From positions 1-30,992 of the forward strand of contig JBKHHH010000005.1 in assembly GCA_046539285.1 (NCBI GenBank): a stretch of 30,992 bases of DNA. The letters run 5' to 3'. Source of the DNA: Candidatus Aenigmatarchaeota archaeon. Lineage in GTDB: Archaea > Aenigmatarchaeota > Aenigmatarchaeia > PWEA01. Positions 1 through 6,574 of this stretch are shown piece by piece; positions within the stretch are counted from its first letter, which is position 1, and each line of letters opens with the position of its first letter. The notes beneath the pieces were generated by a model. It was given only the letters and a program-made list of their open reading frames with translations, did not search any database and was not told where the DNA came from. The position numbers and the translations under genes were made by a program.

Positions 1-93
1 GAGCTGGAGCTGGACGGACTCAAGCTCACTGTGGACAAGTTCGAGATCGAAATGTCCGGCGATGTCAGCCTGCGAATAAGAACCAAGGAATGA
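1..93 (+). CDS. 3' end of an upstream gene, hypothetical protein (partial)
   Basis: Frame +1 is open from the window edge (ELELDGLKLTVDKFEIEMSGDVSLRIRTKE*). The TGA at 91-93 overlaps the next ATG (ATGA, 90-93). No family recognised. Confidence 0.35.
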   Translation, partial: ELELDGLKLTVDKFEIEMSGDVSLRIRTKE

Positions 94-308
94 AAATGTC
101 GGAAGAGTTTGAGATCCACCGAGAGGGCGAGAAACTGGCCACTGTCCGGCTTAGCCAGGGCAAGATGGTTATCGAGCCCGAGGACCTGATGGCAGTCATC
201 CACCTGGCCAAGAAAGCAAAGTTATTTTTTCCTTTCCTCAAGAATCTGAACAGTTCTGAGACGGAGATAGTGGTCAAGAAAGGCGGCTTCCGGCTCAAAC
301 TAAACTAG
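90..308 (+). CDS. hypothetical 72-aa protein
   Basis: ATG ORF coupled by an ATGA overlap to the preceding frame. Its K/E-rich composition matches the other proteins here, whereas the overlapping minus ORF 65-298 is S/R/F-rich antisense-type sequence. No family recognised. Confidence 0.4.
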   Translation: MKMSEEFEIHREGEKLATVRLSQGKMVIEPEDLMAVIHLAKKAKLFFPFLKNLNSSETEIVVKKGGFRLKLN

Positions 309-893
309 AAGAAGACCTATCAGACCGACCGCAGGGGCCAGGACCAGCATCGACCAGAAGATAACATCCCAGACAATTATTTTTCTTCCTTCGAAGGGCG
401 GATACGGTATTAGCTGCGAGATGGCGAACCAGAAGTTTATCATCGCCCCCAGTCGGAAGACAGCTCCGCCGAATGTTTCTAAGAGAATCAGAAACAGGCC
501 TGCAAGACCCAGGTTACCGAGAACACCGGCCACCGGTCCGAGAGCAACGTCTTTGGCGTACATCTCTGTCTGTGACTTCTTCCACCTTTCTGTTTCCCTT
601 TCCTTTGAGATCGAAGTCAAAGGAACGGCTATGACGGCCAAACCGTTTGATAATAGAGCAGAAACTGCGGTAAAGACGAGGCCCAGGGGCCATAAATCGT
701 ACTTTGTATCTATTCCCTCGCTTCGGGCTGCAAAAACCTGGGTCAGAACCCTGGTAAACAGGGAAATGGATACAAGAATGAGAGTTTGAATAAGGAAAAT
801 AAAGGAGAATTTTTGCAAAGAGAAGGCAAAAGAAACAACTAAGATAGAAATTACTAGAGCTTTAGCTTCCTTTCTTTCCAGGTTGAGCATCAT
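300..893 (-). CDS. site-2-protease (peptidase M50)-like polytopic membrane protein with degenerate catalytic motifs
   Basis: 197 aa with several hydrophobic helices. MINFWFAISQLIPYPPFEGRKII resembles the NxxPxxxLDG helix of M50/S2P proteases. The position expected to hold HExxH reads SLFTRVLTQVFAA, and no HExxH occurs anywhere in the ORF. The ATG (893-891) overlaps the stop of the KH gene (ATGA). Confidence 0.45.
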   Translation of the reverse strand: MMLNLERKEAKALVISILVVSFAFSLQKFSFIFLIQTLILVSISLFTRVLTQVFAARSEGIDTKYDLWPLGLVFTAVSALLSNGLAVIAVPLTSISKERETERWKKSQTEMYAKDVALGPVAGVLGNLGLAGLFLILLETFGGAVFRLGAMINFWFAISQLIPYPPFEGRKIIVWDVIFWSMLVLAPAVGLIGLLLV

Positions 894-1126
894 TCTTCGT
901 CTTCTTTGATTACTTCAATCTTTTTGCCGATTATCTTCTCGGCTGCTCTGATGTTGGCACCGGCATGTCCTATCGCCTTGCCTATGTTCTCGGTGTCGAG
1001 GTCTAGATGAATTGTGTCGTCCTCTTCCTCAACAGCATTGATCTCTACATCGAGCATCTTCTCTAGCCTCTTCTTTAAATCATCTGCGATTGTATCACCC
1101 CTCGCGTATTTTTTATTGTCTTTCAC
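890..1126 (-). CDS. small KH-domain (GxxG loop) putative RNA-binding protein
   Basis: 78 aa. IGKAIGHAGANIRAAEKIIGKKIEV has a KH-type GxxG context. GTG start with a TTATATTAA box 23-31 nt upstream (leaderless-type promoter geometry). Confidence 0.5.
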   Translation of the reverse strand: MKDNKKYARGDTIADDLKKRLEKMLDVEINAVEEEDDTIHLDLDTENIGKAIGHAGANIRAAEKIIGKKIEVIKEDEE

Positions 1127-1174
1127 TTAAAACTTTGTGTCCCCCCGATTAATATAATTATGCCTTGGAAGGGC

Positions 1175-1798
1175 TTATTTTCCTGTTTTTTCGACGTCTA
1201 AGCCCTTCTTTTTTAAAAGATCGTACATTCCCGGTATATGTCCGACGCCGACTACGGCCAGTATTTTGTCGTACTTCTCCGAGAGCATCTCCAGCGATTC
1301 CGCCATGCTTTCATCCCTTTTCTCTACCAGGGCCCTGTAAATCTCCGGGGAATACTTTTTAAGGTGTCCTGTCACCTTGTTTACGATCTCCATCGAGGGA
1401 ACTTCATTTAAATCTATTTTAACCGGACTGATGAGTCCCAGAGAGGAGAAAACCAGTTTCAGCTTACCTTTGATCCCGATGCGGTTTATATCGTATAATG
1501 TCTCGCTGATAGGCTGGTCGATCAGATAGGAGTCTATGTCGTTTTTTTGGGCCGTTTCCACAGCAGTCAGCATCTCTTCGCCGGGAAAAACACCGGTCTT
1601 TTTCCCTAACCTCTTCTGGAGCCAGGAGAGGAGCTTGAAGAAAATGCCCCCTGAGCTTCGTCGTTCGCCCGATTTTAGAGCCTGGTAACGGGACATATCC
1701 AGTTCGACGGTTACACAGTCCGGTCCTCTGTCCATCTCCTCCTTTATCTGTTCTACCGATTCCGGCGAGATGTGCGATGTTCCTAGTAACCTGATCAT
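1175..1798 (-). CDS. TraB/PrgY (Tiki-like) family protein
   Basis: 207 aa. The N-terminal LLGTSHISPES and C-terminal AVVGVGHIPG match the GTxH ... GxGH landmarks I associate with the TraB family. Only 4 nt separate it from the upstream Lon-like gene. Confidence 0.55.
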   Translation of the reverse strand: MIRLLGTSHISPESVEQIKEEMDRGPDCVTVELDMSRYQALKSGERRSSGGIFFKLLSWLQKRLGKKTGVFPGEEMLTAVETAQKNDIDSYLIDQPISETLYDINRIGIKGKLKLVFSSLGLISPVKIDLNEVPSMEIVNKVTGHLKKYSPEIYRALVEKRDESMAESLEMLSEKYDKILAVVGVGHIPGMYDLLKKKGLDVEKTGK

Positions 1799-1802
1799 TC
1801 TA

Positions 1803-2573
1803 TCACTTGACTAAAAAATGTTCCAGACACTGTTTTATATTTTCGACTTCCACAACCTTGATCTCTACTTCCTGGCTTATATTTGTTCTCCTCGGTGTGT
1901 ACTCTGTCCTGCAGATATTGAACCTTCCGATCCTGTTGCAGACCTCTTCCCGGTAGTAGTCGGTCTCCACGTTCTGTCCTTCCGGTATCAGTATCTTCTT
2001 GAAGCCCTGTCTTTCCGCAGCCTTTACCTTCTCCAGTACAGATCCCACTCGTCCGATTCTCCCGTTCTCGGTCACGGACCCGGTCATGACCACGCTCTCG
2101 TTTAGAGTTCTGTTCTCGATGGCGGCGATGGTAGCCACAGTCATCGCCCCACCGGCGCTGGGACCACCGACAATGGAGGAGTTGGTGTGTATGGAGTAGA
2201 TTATATTGTACCTGTTGTTTGTGTTCACGTAACCACGGACCACGTAGCTGGCCAGCCTGATCGAGTACTGTGTGTCAACCCAGAAGAAGAGGTTTTCGAT
2301 ATCTACGAGAACCTTTCCTGCCCCAGGTTCGGCCTTGACCCAGATCGGGGTCGCTATCCCGCGCCCATCATCTGTGGCGGCGAGAAGATATGTCTGAACC
2401 GAGCCCGGAATCGTTGCGTTTGTTTCGGTTATTATAGGACCGGGACTGACGTTTTTCACCGTTTCTTCAGAAATCGAGATTGTCCCCAGCTGTGGTTGCA
2501 GCGCGTAGGAAAAGAGCAGACCTGAGAGAAACCCTATTCCTAGAATTGATACGAGAAGAATTTTCTCGCGCAT
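1803..2573 (-). CDS. membrane-anchored Lon-type (S16) serine protease domain protein
   Basis: An N-terminal TM helix (ILLVSILGIGFLSGLLF) is followed by SSIVGGPSAGGAMTVATIAAI (Lon catalytic-Ser motif GPSAG) and a downstream GSVLEKVKAAERQG (candidate Lys). ATG at 2573 is preceded by GTGATC, complementary to the 16S 3' end. The ORF-track start at 2582 is a GTG. Confidence 0.7.
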   Translation of the reverse strand: MREKILLVSILGIGFLSGLLFSYALQPQLGTISISEETVKNVSPGPIITETNATIPGSVQTYLLAATDDGRGIATPIWVKAEPGAGKVLVDIENLFFWVDTQYSIRLASYVVRGYVNTNNRYNIIYSIHTNSSIVGGPSAGGAMTVATIAAIENRTLNESVVMTGSVTENGRIGRVGSVLEKVKAAERQGFKKILIPEGQNVETDYYREEVCNRIGRFNICRTEYTPRRTNISQEVEIKVVEVENIKQCLEHFLVK

Positions 2574-2592
2574 AAGGATCACGTTATTTTTA

Positions 2593-2859
2593 GTGCGGGG
2601 AGGTCTGGGTCGACCGTCCGGCGGACAGGGTTGTCCTCTTATCGTCCTCCGTCCTGCTACCTCCCGAACATCGACGAGACCGGCTTAGGGCTGCTCCCGT
2701 CAAGGCCTGACCCGATTCACCGGCCCACCGATCCCGGAAGACAGGACTTCCACGTCGGATAAGCGGGCCCTCTCCGACAGATCGGCCTGGCCAGACTTTC
2801 GACCGCTCTATAGAGGATTTTGAGCTAGAGGCTACCCCTAACAGCCCGGTCTACCCCGC
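2593..2859 (-). ncRNA. signal recognition particle RNA (archaeal 7S-type SRP RNA); ends approximate
   Basis: GC-rich block with no ORF. The minus strand reads GGGUCAGGCCU-UGAC-GGGAGCAGCCCUAAGCC (plus coordinates 2682-2712), which matches the universal helix-8 motif (E. coli 4.5S GGUCAGGUCC-GGAA-GGAAGCAGCC). GGUAGCAGGAC lies further 3' (2651-2661). The 5' GCGGGG and 3' CCCCGC termini are complementary. CUGUUAG near the 5' end resembles the Alu-domain UGUAAU-type turn. A TATA box sits 21-28 nt upstream. Confidence 0.65.
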
Positions 2860-2879
2860 TTTTAAACTTATAAACATTT

Positions 2880-2887
2880 AATTTAAA
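2880..2887 (-). promoter_or_regulatory. TATA box for the SRP RNA
   Basis: The minus strand reads TTTAAATT at -28..-21 relative to the GCGGGG 5' end of the RNA. Confidence 0.4.
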
Positions 2888-2938
2888 GTAGTTTATGGAG
2901 CCCGTCAAGAATAAATAAAAACAAGTGATAGTGTTATT

Positions 2939-3148
2939 ATGGTTTCACACCTCAAAGCGAACCTTTTCTGGATAATTGGGACCCTTTCCTTATTTCTTGG
3001 TGCCCGGATAGCCGGCACGGTTGAAAGCTCGACCCTAGGTATGACGCCGTTCCGCTACTATTCCGCTCTGATAATAGCGTTCGTTCTGATTCTTGTTGGC
3101 GGACTGCTCTGGATTTCTGTCGCAGGAGCCATCCGAGAAGAAATTTAG
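2939..3148 (+). CDS. small two-helix membrane protein, hypothetical
   Basis: 69 aa with two hydrophobic segments (LFWIIGTLSLFLGARIAG; ALIIAFVLILVGGLLWISVAGA). ATG start with AATAAATAAAAA 19-30 nt upstream. Confidence 0.4.
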   Translation: MVSHLKANLFWIIGTLSLFLGARIAGTVESSTLGMTPFRYYSALIIAFVLILVGGLLWISVAGAIREEI

Positions 3149-3149
3149 C

Positions 3150-3794
3150 CTACTCGATCCAGGTACCTATCCTTTCTCCGTCGATCACTTTCTGTAGATT
3201 CTCTCCCTTTCTGCCGTTGATGATGGCTGTTCGGATTCTGTTTTCCTTGATGATATAGACGGCCAGGGGATCTAGAATTCCGTAGTCCATCGGTATTTTG
3301 TTGTTATCGATATCTTCCAGGTCCTCGAACTTTACCGTATCCATCTTTTCCGCGTCCTCGAACTCCTTCGGATCGCGGTCGTAGATGCCTTCTACGTCGG
3401 TCATCTTGACCAGGAGATCGGCCTTCATCTTGGCTGCGACCTCGGCTGCGTTGGCGTCGGTCGAGCGGCCCGGTCCCGTGCCGCTGACAATCACTTCCTC
3501 TCCTTTGTAGTCAGAGAGATCGAACTTCGGTTCCTTGTCCAGAAGATAGGAAAGGAAACGCACATTGGCCTTCATTATATCTACAAAACAGGTTTCCTTT
3601 TCCCGGTCGGAAAGGTTGAAGTTTTCAATGCTTTCGCCGTATTCTCTGACCAGTTCTCCGCCACCGACACAGATGGAGAGCTCGTGCTCTTCGTCGATCT
3701 CCTCCAGCTTTGGCAGCAGACTGGAGAGATAGTCGGAATCCGGTCCCGACCCCGTCATACAGAGCGAGCCGCCGATTTTGACGACAATTTTCAT
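3150..3794 (-). CDS. pyrH: archaeal-type uridylate (UMP) kinase
   Basis: Amino-acid-kinase fold motifs: MKIVVKIGGS, SICVGGGELVREY, SGTGPGRSTDANAAEVAAKMKADLLVKMTDVEGIYDRDP. Its size (about 215 aa) and C-terminus resemble archaeal PyrH. ATG at 3794 is preceded by GGTGA. The ORF-track start at 3821 is a TTG that would overlap dacZ. Confidence 0.75.
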   Translation of the reverse strand: MKIVVKIGGSLCMTGSGPDSDYLSSLLPKLEEIDEEHELSICVGGGELVREYGESIENFNLSDREKETCFVDIMKANVRFLSYLLDKEPKFDLSDYKGEEVIVSGTGPGRSTDANAAEVAAKMKADLLVKMTDVEGIYDRDPKEFEDAEKMDTVKFEDLEDIDNNKIPMDYGILDPLAVYIIKENRIRTAIINGRKGENLQKVIDGERIGTWIE

Positions 3795-3801
3795 AACATC
3801 T

Positions 3802-4623
3802 TCACCTGACTCTTTCTTCAAGTATTATTTTCCCGTCTCGAAACAGCCGCACCGTCCCGCTCTCGGAGACACAGACGGATATACAGTCGAGCCGCTGTGT
3901 CATGGCCGCACAGGAGTGATGCCTTGCTCCAAGACCCGGGAACTCGACTTCCGATGTATCGATATTGAGGTAGGTGCCGGCCGTGCGTACGAAGCCTTTG
4001 TCGTCCAGCACGAAAACCCCGTCTATCTGGGCAAACTCTTTGATAGTCTCGTTGATTTCCGGGTCCGAGACATTTCTTTTGTCCAGAGGCGAACCGGTGA
4101 AGGGATTGATCACAAGCTGCCGCCCATGTTCCAGTATTTTCTCGTGGTCACCGATTATGAAACCGGTGCCAATGGTCTTACCTTCCCTTCCTTCAGTGGC
4201 TATCTCCCTCGAGACGTTGAGCACTGCTTCCAGAACGGCCCGGTCGACGTCCTCTTCCAGACCGCGCGTCGTCTCTTTGATGAACTCGTCGTCTATCTCG
4301 AAGATCAGAAACAGCCCTTCGAAGCCTTTGCCCAGCGACTCGTCCGTGATGCAGAACACCTTGTCGCCCTGACACAGAAAGCCCTCGTTTACGGCCTCGA
4401 CAAGGATCTCCCGGATCTGGGTGATCGATGTCGGGGGAAGTCTTTTGACCTTGAGCGTCTTCTTGCTGCGAATTATCTTGTCCTCGGTTTCCCTTACTAT
4501 CCGCAGAGAGATCGTGACCTCTTCCTCTTCTTCAGACTCCTTCTTTCTGAGGAAGACTACACAACTCGTCTCCGTCTCCTTGGCTATTTCCGAGGCTGTG
4601 TCGGAAAGGAATCTTTCTAACAT
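3802..4623 (-). CDS. dacZ: diadenylate cyclase (c-di-AMP synthase), archaeal DacZ type
   Basis: The C-terminal DAC domain shows GTGFIIGD, IDGVFVLDDKGFVRTAG and PGLGARHHSCAAMT...SESGTVRLFRDG (the DGA and RHR-type motifs). The N-terminal regulatory domain is about 130 aa, as in DacZ. Confidence 0.75.
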   Translation of the reverse strand: MLERFLSDTASEIAKETETSCVVFLRKKESEEEEEVTISLRIVRETEDKIIRSKKTLKVKRLPPTSITQIREILVEAVNEGFLCQGDKVFCITDESLGKGFEGLFLIFEIDDEFIKETTRGLEEDVDRAVLEAVLNVSREIATEGREGKTIGTGFIIGDHEKILEHGRQLVINPFTGSPLDKRNVSDPEINETIKEFAQIDGVFVLDDKGFVRTAGTYLNIDTSEVEFPGLGARHHSCAAMTQRLDCISVCVSESGTVRLFRDGKIILEERVR

Positions 4624-4634
4624 CTAAACACCAG

Positions 4635-4886
4635 TCAATCCGTGTGGTATACTTCGTCACCCTCTCTGACTCTATCCGTCATCTTCATCCCTATACTCTG
4701 TCCTGCCCGGGCCTCTTTGATCTTTTCTTCTTCGATTTCCATCGATTCTACCTTCTGTTCGAAGTCTGTTGTCGCGCCCTTGACATGGATGGTGTCGCCG
4801 ACGGTGAGTTTGCCGCTGAGCTCGATGACGGCCACGGAGATATCGGTGAAAAAATGCGTTACCTCGCCAACTTTTTCTTCCGGCAT
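4635..4886 (-). CDS. small beta-barrel protein resembling translation-factor domain II (EF-Tu_D2-like)
   Basis: About 83 aa. VGEVTHFFTDISVAVIELSGKLTVGDTIHVKG ... AGQSIGMKMTDRVREGDEVY has the pattern of EF-Tu/IF2 domain II barrels. ATG at 4886 (the in-frame TTG at 4895 is the ORF-track start). 11 nt upstream of dacZ. Confidence 0.45.
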   Translation of the reverse strand: MPEEKVGEVTHFFTDISVAVIELSGKLTVGDTIHVKGATTDFEQKVESMEIEEEKIKEARAGQSIGMKMTDRVREGDEVYHTD

Positions 4887-4986
4887 GGGTATCAATTAAG
4901 ATATAGGCTCGATTCTATAAAAAATTAAATTTTAGGCACTACAGACGAATTTTAAATATTTTCCCGGGAAATGATAGATAGATAAG

Positions 4987-5604
4987 ATGCCGAAGAATAT
5001 AGCCCAGGGCGCCGAAGCCGTTCTCCGTAAGGACGAGTGGGACGGACTGGACAGTCTGGTCAAGGACAGGATCGAGAAGAGCTACAGAGTGGAACAGCTG
5101 GACGAAAAACTTCGCAAGAGCAGGACCAAGCAGGAAGGAAAGCTGCTTTCCGAGGCTCGGCGATCCGGTGTTCCCACACCACAGATCTACGAGATAAAGG
5201 AAACAGTCTTGACCATGGAGTATCTCGATGGCGAGAAAGTACGGGATATGGTCCCCGAGATAGATGCCGAAAGGCGGAAGCAGTTGGCGGAGGAGATCGG
5301 TGAGAAAATCGGGAGACTGCACGAAAGAGGCATCATCCACGGCGACCTGACTACTTCTAACCTGATATTCTGCGACGACGAGGTCTATTTCATCGACTTC
5401 GGACTGGGCTACTTCTCCGATTCGATCGAGGACAAGGCAGTCGACCTTCACCTGATCTGGGAGGTGCTGATCAGCACCCATTCCCGTTACTCGGAGGAGA
5501 TGTGGCAGGCTATCGTCGATGGCTACAAGAATTACAAGGAAGCGGAAAAGGTTCTGAAAAGAGTAAAACAGATAAAAAAGAGGGGTCGTTATGTCGATCG
5601 CTGA
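4987..5604 (+). CDS. bud32: Bud32/PRPK-type atypical kinase (KEOPS subunit), stand-alone
   Basis: 205 aa small kinase with GAEAVL (glycine-loop position), the catalytic loop IIHGDLTTSNLIF, and FIDFGL (DFG). Its size and C-terminal basic tail (KRGRYVDR) are typical of archaeal Bud32. Confidence 0.75.
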   Translation: MPKNIAQGAEAVLRKDEWDGLDSLVKDRIEKSYRVEQLDEKLRKSRTKQEGKLLSEARRSGVPTPQIYEIKETVLTMEYLDGEKVRDMVPEIDAERRKQLAEEIGEKIGRLHERGIIHGDLTTSNLIFCDDEVYFIDFGLGYFSDSIEDKAVDLHLIWEVLISTHSRYSEEMWQAIVDGYKNYKEAEKVLKRVKQIKKRGRYVDR

Positions 5605-6574
5605 CAAGATCCTTGGTAAGGAAAAACTGAAGCGGAAGATCGGAGTTCTCGAGGACAGACTCGAAAGCCTGAAAGAGGAGAAAGAAAGATTGAAGGAGCA
5701 GGCGGACAAGGATCGGAAACGAGCTAAGGAAGCGATATCAGAAAAACAGAACTTGCATGAGAAGATCAATCGCCAGCAGGACAAGATAGAATCACTGAAG
5801 GGAAGGTTAAACCAGGAAGAGATGGTGCGGAACGCCGTCGAAAGCAAGGAAGAGAGACATCGCCTGGGCCGAAAGGATCTCAGATCTTTACTGACTAAAC
5901 TCGGCTCGATGGGGAGCGACCGCGAGGACATGTTCAGCATCTACCTTCCTCCAGGCATGCCGCTGGGCAAACTGGACAGAGAAGGCAGCCTCCGTTCCGA
6001 GATGAAATTAAGCCAGCTGCAACGACTTAAGGACATCGATTCCCGGACAGGTAAGATCATGTTTTACTGCGAAGGACTAGTCGAGATACTGATCAAGCCG
6101 CCGCTCCCGATAGAGGAGGAGACCTGGAAGAGCGGAAACAGTTTTCTGGTTGAACCTCTGGAAGAGCAGCTGGAGGAAAGCGAGATAGGACTGGTTTTCC
6201 TTTCTGCCGGTGGCTCAGGCGTGGCCCGGTTCAACGGCGACGTGAAGACCGTGGTCGTCAAAAGCAGCATCAAGGGCAAGCACAGCAAGGGTGGCTTTAG
6301 CCAGGACCGTTTTTCTCGTCTGAGAGATGAACAGGTCGAAGAACATCTAGATGAAGTGGAAGAAGCGATGAAAGAGCTATGGAGCGAGACACCCGAATAC
6401 GTAGTCCTTTCCGGTTCACAGGAGATGAGAAAGAAGTTTCAGGACAGAAACGTCGAACTTTTTTCCGAGGCGGTGACCTTTGAGAAACCAATGGACTTTT
6501 CCAAGGTTACAAATCAGGAAGGAATGGAAAGGGTAGCCAGTTTCTTCTGGAAGACAGAAGTTACCCAGATCTAG
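5591..6574 (+). CDS. Vms1/ANKZF1-like release-factor (VLRF1, eRF1-fold) protein with N-terminal coiled coil
   Basis: Residues about 1-90 are heptad-like K/E-rich coiled coil. The C-terminal part has IGLVFLSAGGSGVARF followed by IKGKHSKGGFSQDRFSRLRDEQVEEHL. This is the eRF1 GGQ-loop context (GGQSxxRFxRLR) with the loop changed to a GxxQ form, as in Vms1. The ATG overlaps the bud32 stop by 14 nt. Confidence 0.5.
   Translation: MSIADKILGKEKLKRKIGVLEDRLESLKEEKERLKEQADKDRKRAKEAISEKQNLHEKINRQQDKIESLKGRLNQEEMVRNAVESKEERHRLGRKDLRSLLTKLGSMGSDREDMFSIYLPPGMPLGKLDREGSLRSEMKLSQLQRLKDIDSRTGKIMFYCEGLVEILIKPPLPIEEETWKSGNSFLVEPLEEQLEESEIGLVFLSAGGSGVARFNGDVKTVVVKSSIKGKHSKGGFSQDRFSRLRDEQVEEHLDEVEEAMKELWSETPEYVVLSGSQEMRKKFQDRNVELFSEAVTFEKPMDFSKVTNQEGMERVASFFWKTEVTQI

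Noticed and set aside
2593-2859. Reading the GC-rich RNA block as a plus-strand RNA or RNase P RNA
   Set aside because: Three points favoured the plus strand. The plus strand contains CGGCUUA (reminiscent of RNase P CR-V). An oligo-T follows on that side. The terminal helix has two G-U pairs only in the plus sense. However, CGGCUUAGGGCUGCUCCCG is simply the complement of the SRP helix-8 motif, no GGAAAGUCC-type CR-I is present in register, and a well-placed TATA box exists only for the minus strand. The terminal-helix wobble evidence remains a caveat.
3778-4620. 280-aa plus ORF opposite dacZ (similar cases at 11316-12002, 20055-20813 and 20938-21618)
   Set aside because: All lie antisense to genes with strong family motifs. 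GAN-rich codon usage leaves the reverse frames stop-free, and no independent support exists.
4939-5940. 333-aa minus-strand ORF opposite bud32 and the VLRF1-like gene
   Set aside because: The S/L/F/R-rich low-complexity translation is typical of the antisense frame of K/E/D-rich genes. It has no motifs or start signals, and the plus-strand genes have clear family signatures.
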